Of a DNA stretch of 63,393 nucleotides, positions 27,669 to 36,351 are shown piece after piece (the first letter of the stretch is position 1; the number at the start of each line of letters is the position of its first letter). The DNA lies in the NCBI GenBank assembly GCA_015494585.1, contig WGAY01000031.1:1-63393 (forward strand), given 5' to 3'. The notes beneath the pieces are model-generated. The model saw nothing but the letters and a program-made list of their open reading frames with translations. It ran no database searches and was not told the origin of the DNA. This stretch comes from Candidatus Omnitrophota bacterium (GTDB lineage Bacteria > Omnitrophota > Gorgyraeia > S143-82). Made by a program: the position numbers and the translations under genes.

Positions 27669-27672
27669 TTAT

Positions 27673-29697
27673 CTACCTTTTCAAGTTAACCAGCTCCTGC
27701 AATAATTCATCAGACGTAGATATAATTCGCGAGCTTGCCTGAAACCCTCTCTGGGTAATAATCATATCCGTGAATTCTCTTGCCAGATCGACATTTGACA
27801 TCTCTAGCACCCCGTTGCTAATCGTACCTCTACCGCCAGTACCAGGCTCACCAACCTGGGCTACTCCAGAGGTCATAGATTGTTTATAGAGATTGTCTCC
27901 TTCTTTTAACAAACCACCCGGGTTACTAAAGGTAGCCAGGGCGATCTTGCCTATGAGATCAGTTAAGCCATTGGAATAGATCCCTGTTATATCTCCCCCA
28001 GCACCTATAGCAAACTTTTCTAGTATTCCCATAGGATAACCATCCTGCTGACGCAGACTAATAGAAGAGTCCCCTGAAAACTGGGTAAACATAGACATAT
28101 TCGGCGTAATCTGAAGAGGACTGGACGCACCATTATCCAGATCAATGGAAAGATTCCCTGTAGAGGTGTTATAAGAACCATTACTCAAAAACTCTATCGT
28201 CTGCATACCGCCAGAGATATTTCTGCCTTCAAACACATCATCTGCACAATCTGCATTCCATGCCCAGGTATTTGCAGCAGTCCTGGTAAATATCATTGTA
28301 ACCCTGTGTTCTACCCCTAGAGAATCGTAGACAGTCATTGAAAGCGTAGCACTCTCTCCTGTGGCCGTCTGAACCGTAGAGAAATTATTCACGGCATTAA
28401 AATAATTCCTCTCCGTAGTACCTGCTGAGTTCTTGGCGACAATTGATATATTTGAAAAGGCATTTCCTGAACCGATATCCGCCTCCACAAGCATCCTTCC
28501 CAATGAATCAATTGAAACGCCATTGGCAGAAGATGTAATACCAAAGACATCCTCGACATACTCTGCTAGTTCCCCAAGGGTAGAGAAATCTGTCCCAACT
28601 ACACCCGAGAGTGTAGATAGTGCTATCCCTCCCTTAAATGCCGATATATAAATAACATCTCCTGTAACCAATCCCAGACTATTACCTTGAGAGGTAGTCA
28701 AATCGAATAAACTATCTGAACTGGTAGCTGCCCTCTCCATTGCTGCAGAAGAATCAGTGCCGCCACTAGCTGCCAAGGTAGAGCTTATATCGTCAAATAC
28801 ATTATTAAACACGGTATTTCCCGAAACCGTAATCGAAAGACTAGTAATAGCCGTACTCCCATTATTGGTTATCTGGATTGCACCGCTGCTGGTCACTGAC
28901 ACCGTCACATTTGCTCCCATCTGACCACTCAACCAAGAAGCAAAATCCCCCAAAGTTACCGTAGAACTAACCGTAAATGTACTGTCATGGGAACTGCCGT
29001 CATTCCAATGCAAAGCAATAGAATCACCACTGGAAAGGCTTAATGGATTCGCCGTAGAGGTATCATCGAATAGAGAAATTAGATAAGTAGAGGCCTGGGC
29101 AACACCCGCTAGATAATAATCAGAACGCGAGATGCTTCCTCTAGTCCCTATCTCTGCATCGGCATTCAGGTTCCCTACCAGGTATACATTAGAGGTAGCC
29201 TGGGCCACCATCCTGCTTCCAATTGGTATGGTTATATCACCTACTGGGGCGCTAGTATCAACCGCACCATTGACAGCCTGCCAACCCTGAACCCTATATC
29301 CATTAGAAGGATTTATCAATACCCCATTGGCATTAATATCAAAGGAGCCATCTCTAGAATAGGAGGTTGTTTGCCCATTGTTTAGCACAAAGAAACCATT
29401 GCCCTGAATGGCCATATCTGTTGGCTTTCCTGTGGCCTGCAAGTTACCCTGGTCATGGATTGTATCAATACCAGCAACCAGCACTCCTAGACCAACCTGA
29501 GCAGGATTTATACCCCCTGTCCCCGTAGCCGTAGGGGCCGTACCACCCCGTACGGTCTGATTAAGCATATCCTTAAATGTAACTCTGCTGAATTTAAACC
29601 CTGTGGTATTAACATTGGCCAGATTATTACCGATTACATCCATCCTCGTCTGGTGGGCCTTTATACCAGACACACCAGCAAACATTGAACGCATCAT
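27673..29697 (-). CDS. flgE: flagellar hook protein FlgE (large, with inserted domains)
   Basis: N-terminus MMRSMFAGVSGIKAHQTRMDVIGNNLANVNTTGFK. C-terminus SNVDLAREFTDMIITQRGFQASSRIISTSDELLQELVNLKR. Confidence 0.92.
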   Translation of the reverse strand: MMRSMFAGVSGIKAHQTRMDVIGNNLANVNTTGFKFSRVTFKDMLNQTVRGGTAPTATGTGGINPAQVGLGVLVAGIDTIHDQGNLQATGKPTDMAIQGNGFFVLNNGQTTSYSRDGSFDINANGVLINPSNGYRVQGWQAVNGAVDTSAPVGDITIPIGSRMVAQATSNVYLVGNLNADAEIGTRGSISRSDYYLAGVAQASTYLISLFDDTSTANPLSLSSGDSIALHWNDGSSHDSTFTVSSTVTLGDFASWLSGQMGANVTVSVTSSGAIQITNNGSTAITSLSITVSGNTVFNNVFDDISSTLAASGGTDSSAAMERAATSSDSLFDLTTSQGNSLGLVTGDVIYISAFKGGIALSTLSGVVGTDFSTLGELAEYVEDVFGITSSANGVSIDSLGRMLVEADIGSGNAFSNISIVAKNSAGTTERNYFNAVNNFSTVQTATGESATLSMTVYDSLGVEHRVTMIFTRTAANTWAWNADCADDVFEGRNISGGMQTIEFLSNGSYNTSTGNLSIDLDNGASSPLQITPNMSMFTQFSGDSSISLRQQDGYPMGILEKFAIGAGGDITGIYSNGLTDLIGKIALATFSNPGGLLKEGDNLYKQSMTSGVAQVGEPGTGGRGTISNGVLEMSNVDLAREFTDMIITQRGFQASSRIISTSDELLQELVNLKR

Positions 29698-29757
29698 AAG
29701 GCATCCCCCCTCACATCATTATGTGAGCAAAGGGCCTCCTCAGTGAGGGCCAGCCCC

Positions 29758-30165
29758 TTACTCTAAAAACATAACTCCATCTATATTCGTGAACACGTTA
29801 TCCTTCAAGCCATCTTTATCTACACAGGTTATAATTCTACGATCCTTAACATTGACTAAAAGGCCAACTTGCCTATACAAAACAAGGGCCTCCTTTGCCC
29901 CTTTCTTTTCTAGTTTGTCAACCGCCGAAGAAATCTTTTCAAGCTCAGGTCCTTCTAGTCTTATCCCCCTCTGTTCAGACCTCTTCTCAGCGTGTTTTGA
30001 AAAACTCACCCCCTTTGGCCTTTTTCCGACCTCCCTCATCTCCTGTCTTAATAATTCAGAAAATCCATTAGATCTATCAGCAGAAGGACTTTGTTTTACC
30101 GTCTTTCCAACTGAACGAATCCCATCTATGCTGCTCGGATCATAAATGGGTTGTATTGGTCCCAT
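29758..30165 (-). CDS. flagellar operon protein of the TIGR02530 type
   Basis: VSFSKHAEKRSEQRGIRL...KGAKEALVL...IITCVD...NVFTNIDGVMFL. Sits in the flgD-flgE intergene position, as in Firmicutes and spirochaete operons. Confidence 0.7.
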   Translation of the reverse strand: MGPIQPIYDPSSIDGIRSVGKTVKQSPSADRSNGFSELLRQEMREVGKRPKGVSFSKHAEKRSEQRGIRLEGPELEKISSAVDKLEKKGAKEALVLYRQVGLLVNVKDRRIITCVDKDGLKDNVFTNIDGVMFLE

Positions 30166-30168
30166 ATA

Positions 30169-30573
30169 TTAGCGAACCTCCTTAATAGTATCTAAGGCAA
30201 CTCTATCCCCTGTATCAATCTCTACCACGACCTTGCCATCCTCCAGGCCTGCACCAACTACTAATCCAGAAACATCTCCAGAATCCTCGCTTACACCTGC
30301 AACCGTTCTACCTATCAGAGACACCGCCTGAGACCACTGCATTGACTGGGCACTCTGTTCAAAGGTTTTCTGGAGGTTTTCCACTGCCTCCAAACTACTA
30401 AACTGGGCAAGCTGGGCTATAAAGTCTTTATTATCAACAGGGGCCATTGGATCCTGGTAAGTCAATTCTGTGACCAGAAGGCGCATAAATGCATCCCTAT
30501 CCAAACCAGACTTCTTCAATGTATCAATTCCTGCCGCGCTTAATGTGCTATTCTGTACAGATCCCGTCTGCAT
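30169..30573 (-). CDS. flgD: flagellar hook capping/assembly protein FlgD (short form)
   Basis: LDRDAFMRLLVTELTYQDPMAPVDNKDFIAQLAQFSSLEAVENL is the FlgD N-domain signature. Confidence 0.85.
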   Translation of the reverse strand: MQTGSVQNSTLSAAGIDTLKKSGLDRDAFMRLLVTELTYQDPMAPVDNKDFIAQLAQFSSLEAVENLQKTFEQSAQSMQWSQAVSLIGRTVAGVSEDSGDVSGLVVGAGLEDGKVVVEIDTGDRVALDTIKEVR

Positions 30574-30585
30574 TCGTTTAGCCTC

Positions 30586-31971
30586 CTACACAAGTCTATT
30601 TATAACCCCTTCCAATACATCTGAAAATTCCCCATCATCAGCCGAATTTTCCTTTTTATCCCAGACAAATTCACCCGGCCTGCGACGATTCCTGTCCTCA
30701 AACCACATACCCTGATGTTCCGATCTGGGCGTATGGCTCAATTCTACCTTGACATCCATAAAATGGGTATTTTCCACCAGATGCTCTTTTAAGCTATGGC
30801 TGCTGTCCTTCAATATCTCATAGGCCACTGGCTTATCCGCCAAGATATGTACCTTTAGATTATCATGTCCCTCGTAACTGAGATCTATCTTTAAATGACC
30901 CAGCTCCGGAGGATTAAGTGAGATCCTAACCCCACCTGGAATCTTATTCATAATTACCGATTGCTTCACTGCATGCTCTACCTTGTTTAGGAGCTCTACG
31001 GCTATTGAGTGTCTATTAAAAACTGATTCACTAATCTTCGAAAAATTTGATAAAGTCATACGTGTTGCATCTATTCCGGTCTTGTCTCCTATTTCAGAAG
31101 CCTGGGCATTATCCTGCCAATCCAGACCAGTTAATGAGCGGGAAAAGATATTCTCATCGCCCAATTTCCCCTGAAAGACCGGTCGTTGTAATAACTCCGA
31201 TGCCTTACTATCATCGGAATCTATAAACTTTCCTCCCTGAACCGATATCTCATTTCTCAAAACCCCATGCTGTCTTATAGTATCAAGACCTAAACTCGCA
31301 GCGGACTCTCTCGTGCTTAGGAGTTCATCTAGGAGAGAAGATCTATCAGAATCACTTATGGATCTCTTTCCAGATTGAATCATCCCTGCCAATCCTAGGG
31401 AAGATCCTGCCCCTCTATCCGAGAATGTCTTAGGATAAATTGATTCTTTCGAATTGGAGACAGGGCCACTAAGATCTTTCAATAAAGAAAAAAGAGAATT
31501 CAAGAGATCCCGGCCAGCTTCTTTCTCAGCAATCTCTCCCTTATTTTTCATCTCTATTTTTCCATCAGAAACACCGTCCATCTGTGTCCAAATGCGATCA
31601 TATACTTCCCTTGGAAGATCTCCTTTCATCAACAAGCCCAAGAGAGAAACACCTTTATTATCTGAATCTAGTCCGATTCTTCCTAATATCTGACCCAAGC
31701 TATCACTTGTTCCCCCAGAGAAAAATTCCTGTGAAAAATCTACTTTCTCTTGAGATATATTAAGTAATCCCTGAAGCAAAGCAGAGAAATCCGACCCCTC
31801 ACCGGAAGAGATTATTTTCTCAATATCTTCCTTGGGAAGGCCGGCTTTCAAAAGGTCATCAGAAAGACCTTTTAGATCTTTAGCCTTTGTCCCTAAAGCT
31901 CGTCCCGAATTAGAGGTATTTATCAAATCCCCTGTCTGAGATAACAACCCAATCGCCTCTCCCATAATCAA
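30586..31971 (-). CDS. fliK: flagellar hook-length control protein FliK
   Basis: C-terminal Flg_hook domain (VRISLNPPELGHLKIDLSYEGHDNLKVHILADKP) behind a low-complexity N-terminal region. Directly upstream of flgD. Confidence 0.8.
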   Translation of the reverse strand: MIMGEAIGLLSQTGDLINTSNSGRALGTKAKDLKGLSDDLLKAGLPKEDIEKIISSGEGSDFSALLQGLLNISQEKVDFSQEFFSGGTSDSLGQILGRIGLDSDNKGVSLLGLLMKGDLPREVYDRIWTQMDGVSDGKIEMKNKGEIAEKEAGRDLLNSLFSLLKDLSGPVSNSKESIYPKTFSDRGAGSSLGLAGMIQSGKRSISDSDRSSLLDELLSTRESAASLGLDTIRQHGVLRNEISVQGGKFIDSDDSKASELLQRPVFQGKLGDENIFSRSLTGLDWQDNAQASEIGDKTGIDATRMTLSNFSKISESVFNRHSIAVELLNKVEHAVKQSVIMNKIPGGVRISLNPPELGHLKIDLSYEGHDNLKVHILADKPVAYEILKDSSHSLKEHLVENTHFMDVKVELSHTPRSEHQGMWFEDRNRRRPGEFVWDKKENSADDGEFSDVLEGVINRLV

Positions 31972-32435
31972 TCAAACCTCGGTACAATTAATATCTGTCC
32001 TGGATATATCTGATGTGGATTTTCTATAATATCTCTATTCGCAGTGTAAAGCGTCTCCCACTTCATTGGATCGCCGTATATTGCCTCTTTAGCTGCAATG
32101 CCCCACAGCGTATCTCCCTCCTTAACCACATATACATCGAAATCCCGCCTAAATAATAGACGATTCTTCATCTTTTCCATCGTAGCCAACTTTGTCTCCA
32201 ATACCGCCAATTCTACCTTCCTTTGAGTTATCTGCTTTTTTATATCCTTAAGCTGTTTTTCTCTCTTTTCTATTTCCAGCTTTACCAGGTGAAGCCTCTC
32301 CAAATATGGCTCTATCCTCTCCTTTGCTGGACCGGAATAGATGTAACCTCCCGCCTTCTTATCTCCGCTTCCGGCATAAGCTATACTAGCAATAAGTATG
32401 CCAAAAAAAAGATGGAATAGAATTTTTTTTATCAT
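31968..32435 (-). CDS. secreted coiled-coil LysM-domain protein
   Basis: Signal peptide MIKKILFHLFFGILIASIAYA, a coiled coil, then LysM: YVVKEGDTLWGIAAKEAIYGDPMKWETLYTANRDIIENPHQIYPGQILIVP. ATGA overlaps on both sides. Confidence 0.75.
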   Translation of the reverse strand: MIKKILFHLFFGILIASIAYAGSGDKKAGGYIYSGPAKERIEPYLERLHLVKLEIEKREKQLKDIKKQITQRKVELAVLETKLATMEKMKNRLLFRRDFDVYVVKEGDTLWGIAAKEAIYGDPMKWETLYTANRDIIENPHQIYPGQILIVPRFD

Positions 32436-33034
32436 TTTGGCCTCTCCTCCTTTAAAATCCTCGTAATCTCTATGGCCTTATCCGTAGGCAAGGCCCCCAT
32501 TACCTTGGAAGCCTGTCGATTACCCATACGCATCAATATATTAGCAGCGGTAATAGAATCCAATTCTTTGAATATCTTCGCCACCTGATCCGGCTTCATC
32601 CCGGAGTACAGCTTCGCTAGATACTGCCAATTTTCTTGTCTGTTACCAACCGCCTCTGCCTTCTGGCTATTTTCTTTGCCCTTTTCCACCTTCCCAAGCA
32701 ATTCCTGCATCTTCTCCAAATAGCGTTGTTTCTCTCTATTCAGCTGCTCTTGTTGGATCTTTAACCTCTCCTCTAGTTCAAGCAGTTTCTTTTCCTTTTG
32801 CATCAACTCCTTCTGCCTCTTCTCTAGATCCGGCGAAAGCACAGTGGAGGAAGGTAATGGATTGCCATTGTTAATTGATATTCTCCCCGTCTTTATCCCT
32901 ATCCCAAGAAAGGCAATCATCGCCAGGATGATCACCAACAATAAAATCGTCAATACAGTCTGCCCGGTCTCGTTAAGCCCTATATCTCTGTGTTGCAAAC
33001 TCGTCTGCATCTTTCCTCTCCCTTTCCATTTCAT
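32432..33034 (-). CDS. MgtE_N-type flagellar protein (YlxF/MotE/FlbB-like)
   Basis: One TM, a coiled coil, then YSGMKPDQVAKIFKELDSITAANILMRMGNRQASKVMGALP. Occupies the B. subtilis ylxF position between fliJ and fliK. The start is uncertain because the ORF overlaps fliJ. Confidence 0.65.
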   Translation of the reverse strand: MKWKGRGKMQTSLQHRDIGLNETGQTVLTILLLVIILAMIAFLGIGIKTGRISINNGNPLPSSTVLSPDLEKRQKELMQKEKKLLELEERLKIQQEQLNREKQRYLEKMQELLGKVEKGKENSQKAEAVGNRQENWQYLAKLYSGMKPDQVAKIFKELDSITAANILMRMGNRQASKVMGALPTDKAIEITRILKEERPK

Positions 33035-33407
33035 TCTTTGCCAGATCTAGCTCTAACTTCGTCTTTATCTTATCCACTATATCCCTTTCCTTCTTTCTCT
33101 CCAAAACTCGTTGCCTGAGGACCTCTAGATAGGACTCAAGGTCCTGCCTCTGTCTATCCAGGGAAAGTAGCTGTCTCTCAAGATAGACCACCACTTGCTG
33201 GATAGACTGTAGATCATCTATAGTAAACTTTCCCTTTTCTTCCAAAGAAAGGATATCCATTATCAAGGCCTTCCTGGTATCTCCCACAACTGATATCTCT
33301 TCCTCCAATTTTGCAATACGCGCCAAGACTTCTGCATACTGGGCCTGAACCTCTCGCAATTCAAAATCCCTTATCCTCAAAAGCCGTTTTATACGCCCTG
33401 TCCTCAT
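32973..33407 (-). CDS. fliJ: flagellar export chaperone/stalk protein FliJ
   Basis: 144-aa all-helical protein immediately downstream of fliI. N-terminus RIKRLLRIRDFELREVQAQYAEV. Confidence 0.7.
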   Translation of the reverse strand: MRTGRIKRLLRIRDFELREVQAQYAEVLARIAKLEEEISVVGDTRKALIMDILSLEEKGKFTIDDLQSIQQVVVYLERQLLSLDRQRQDLESYLEVLRQRVLERKKERDIVDKIKTKLELDLAKNEMERERKDADEFATQRYRA

Positions 33408-33408
33408 C

Positions 33409-34710
33409 TTATCCCACCAATTCCCTCATCATCCTCAGCGTCTCTTCCAGAGAGAATGTCTCGTCTACACGCTGCCTTAAAAACTCGTTTACCTTATCTA
33501 TCATAGAGATAGCATAATCTATCTTCTGGGAACTACCCTTCTTATAGGCTCCTATATTTATCAGATCCTCTGCATCTCTATAAATAGCCAATATCTCACG
33601 TATTTTTTGAGCCAGGATTTGGTGTTCCTCAGAGGTAATTTCCATCATCAATCTACTGACACTATAGAGTACATCAACAGCGGGATAGTGTCCTCGTGCC
33701 GCTAGATCTCGAGATAGGACAATGTGCCCATCGAGGATAGACCTAACTGCATCGGATATCGGGTCATTTATATCGTCGGATTCGACCAACACCGTATAAA
33801 AACCTGTTATACTACCAACCTCATCTGTCCCGGCCCTTTCCAGTAATTTAGGAAGCATAGCAAAAACCGATGGGGTATAACCTCGCGTTGTAGGGGGCTC
33901 CCCTATTGCAAGGCCTACCTCTCTCTGGGCCATAGCCAGCCTGGTTATTGAATCCATCAACAACACGACATCCTTCCCTTCGGACCTGAAATATTCCGCA
34001 ATAGCAGAGGCGAGAAAGGCGGCATTAATCCTCACAAGTGAAGGCTCATCACTGGTAGCCACCACCAGAACAGATCGCGCTAGGGCATCTTTTCCTAAAT
34101 CTCTTTCAATAAATTCCCTAACCTCCCTGCCCCTTTCTCCTATCAGGGCAATAACATTCACCTCCCCAAGTCCTGACCTGGCAATCATTCCCAAAAATGT
34201 ACTCTTTCCAACGCCACTACCAGAAAAGATCCCCATCCTCTGTCCCTTGCCACAGGTCAATATACCGTCAAGGACCTTTATGCCAGTAGGGAATATCTCA
34301 AGTATCCTCTTCCTCTTAAGGGGATTAGGGGTTTTGTTATATACGGGGAATTTTTTACCTCCCACTATAGGGCCTTTGCCATCTATCGGTCGTCCCAATC
34401 CATCTAAGACACGACCCAATAGATTTGCGCCAACATCTACGAGTAATTCTTCTCCCCCCAGAATCACCTCATCGCCTGGCTTTATCCCCCTGATATCGCC
34501 TAGAGGCATCAGGAGAAGTCTATCCCCCCTGAAACCAACCACCTCAGCAGTGACCAACTCATCCTTCGTATCAATAAGGCAAAAATCCCCAATACGAGAT
34601 GGCGGACAAATAGCCTCAATAACCAGGCCAGTAATCCTCTCAACGTAACCACAGAAACGCAACGGATTTATTTCTTGGAGTTTATCTATATACGGCTTTA
34701 GATCTATCAC
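33409..34710 (-). CDS. fliI: flagellum-specific ATPase FliI
   Basis: Walker A GSGVGKST and Walker B VVLLMDSITR. F1-beta-like fold motifs are present. Confidence 0.95.
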   Translation of the reverse strand: MIDLKPYIDKLQEINPLRFCGYVERITGLVIEAICPPSRIGDFCLIDTKDELVTAEVVGFRGDRLLLMPLGDIRGIKPGDEVILGGEELLVDVGANLLGRVLDGLGRPIDGKGPIVGGKKFPVYNKTPNPLKRKRILEIFPTGIKVLDGILTCGKGQRMGIFSGSGVGKSTFLGMIARSGLGEVNVIALIGERGREVREFIERDLGKDALARSVLVVATSDEPSLVRINAAFLASAIAEYFRSEGKDVVLLMDSITRLAMAQREVGLAIGEPPTTRGYTPSVFAMLPKLLERAGTDEVGSITGFYTVLVESDDINDPISDAVRSILDGHIVLSRDLAARGHYPAVDVLYSVSRLMMEITSEEHQILAQKIREILAIYRDAEDLINIGAYKKGSSQKIDYAISMIDKVNEFLRQRVDETFSLEETLRMMRELVG

Positions 34711-35294
34711 TTCGCCCCCAGACGCTTGCGTATCTCATCCAGCTGACTCGTAATCAAGGCGTCTATCCTTCCAGAGGCAGTCTGGACCACACAACCGCCC
34801 TTCTCTATAGTAGGCTCAACGATAAACTTTATCTCTCCCTCTATCCCTTCTAGGATCTTCGCACGGTTTTCCATCACTACCGCCTCATCGTGAGGAGAGA
34901 TATATATAGTAATCTCTGACTTATCCTTTACCTCCTGAACTGCCTTTTGAATTATCTTCTGAACAATGGAGCGATCCTTCTCAAGAGATATCTGCACCAC
35001 CTTCTCAGCGATCTTAAAGGCCAACTCCAATAATTCTGCCTCACTAGTCCTTAAGATCTCATTTTTATACTCCCCTATCGAGGCTATAATATCCCTCAAA
35101 GACTCTATCTGAGACTCAAGTCTCTTATATGCCCGCTGTTCTCCCTCTTTTAGCCCCCTCTCATAGGCCTCACTTAATCGTACTTCCAGCTCATCTTCTG
35201 GTTTCTTCTCCTGGTGCTGGTCCTCGTCTTTGTCAAGAGAAAAAGGCCTTAATTCAAGTTCCCCACCAGATAATACCTTCTTTGCCATACACAA
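34707..35294 (-). CDS. fliH: flagellar assembly protein FliH
   Basis: Lies between fliG and fliI. It has a charged helical N-terminus and a FliH/YscL-like C-terminus. Confidence 0.75.
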   Translation of the reverse strand: MCMAKKVLSGGELELRPFSLDKDEDQHQEKKPEDELEVRLSEAYERGLKEGEQRAYKRLESQIESLRDIIASIGEYKNEILRTSEAELLELAFKIAEKVVQISLEKDRSIVQKIIQKAVQEVKDKSEITIYISPHDEAVVMENRAKILEGIEGEIKFIVEPTIEKGGCVVQTASGRIDALITSQLDEIRKRLGAK

Positions 35295-35316
35295 TATCCT
35301 TTTAAAAATTTCCAGA

Positions 35317-36351
35317 TTAGACGACCAACTCGTCTTCCTTTCCGCCCCTGCCAGAGATTACTATCTCTCCGGCCTCTTCGAGCCGCCTTACAATAGCAAC
35401 TATCCTCTGCTGGGCCTCTTCAACTGTCTTTAGCCTCACCGGACCCATAAATTCCATCTCTTCCTTTATTGCCTCGGCTGCCCTCTTAGACATATTCTTA
35501 AAGATCTTCTCCTTGACCGGCTCACTAGCACCTTTCAAGGCAACCGCCAGCTCCTTTGTATCCACCTCTTTTAACACCTGCTGTATTCCCCTATCGTTTA
35601 TGTGGATAATATCCTCAAATACAAACATCAATTTTCTCACCTCATCCACCAACTCTGGCTCTGTCTCTTCCATTGCCTCCAGAATCATCTTCTCAGTACT
35701 TCTATCAACAAAATTCAACAATTCAGCCGTGGTCTTTACCCCTCCAGTAGTGGTAAGCCCTTGTGAAAACAAAGAGGATAGCTTGTTCTCCAGCGTCCTG
35801 CCTATATCCCTGACGATATCTGGCGGGGTCCTATCCATGGTCGTAATCCTGCGAGTAACCTCTATCTGCATATCCACCGGCAGAGATGCCAGAATACTGG
35901 CACCATATTCAGGCTCTAGATAAGAGAGGATAAGGGCTATGGTCTGGGGATGTTCATTTTGAATAAAATTCAGAAGCTGAGACGGCTCCGTCCTTTTCAA
36001 AAAATCAAAGGGAGATTCATTTGCCTTGCCGCCAACCTTAGCAATCAACTCCATTGCCTTCTCTTCACCCAGGGCGGCAGTCAGCAATTTCTGGGCAGTC
36101 AGAAGTCCTCCCTTTATCAGTCTACGTTTTTCAAGCAGTCCATTACGAAACTCTCTGACAACTGCTTCCGTAACCTCTTTTGAGACAGGACCTAGTTGAG
36201 ATATCTCCCGAACCAGCATCTCGACCTCTTCGGGATCCAGTCGCTTAAATATCTCCGCGGCCTTTTCCTGACCTACCGCCAGGACAAATATAGCTGCCTT
36301 CTGCCTAGGGGTAAGACTAGAGGGGTCACGAATTATCTCTTCCTGCGCCAT
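35317..36351 (-). CDS. fliG: flagellar motor switch protein FliG
   Basis: LTPRQKAAIFVLAVGQEKAAEIFKRL and MFVFEDI motifs, plus the C-terminal torque-helix region. Confidence 0.93.
   Translation of the reverse strand: MAQEEIIRDPSSLTPRQKAAIFVLAVGQEKAAEIFKRLDPEEVEMLVREISQLGPVSKEVTEAVVREFRNGLLEKRRLIKGGLLTAQKLLTAALGEEKAMELIAKVGGKANESPFDFLKRTEPSQLLNFIQNEHPQTIALILSYLEPEYGASILASLPVDMQIEVTRRITTMDRTPPDIVRDIGRTLENKLSSLFSQGLTTTGGVKTTAELLNFVDRSTEKMILEAMEETEPELVDEVRKLMFVFEDIIHINDRGIQQVLKEVDTKELAVALKGASEPVKEKIFKNMSKRAAEAIKEEMEFMGPVRLKTVEEAQQRIVAIVRRLEEAGEIVISGRGGKEDELVV

Noticed and set aside
32395-32435. A8 and T8-9 homopolymer runs at the 5' end of the LysM gene, and the A9 run at about 44521-44536 in the TPR gene, considered as slipped-strand phase-variation tracts.
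   Set aside because: A/T runs of this length are common in an AT-leaning genome and encode ordinary Lys/Phe stretches (MIKKILF, KKEKK). A single sequence gives no evidence of length variation.
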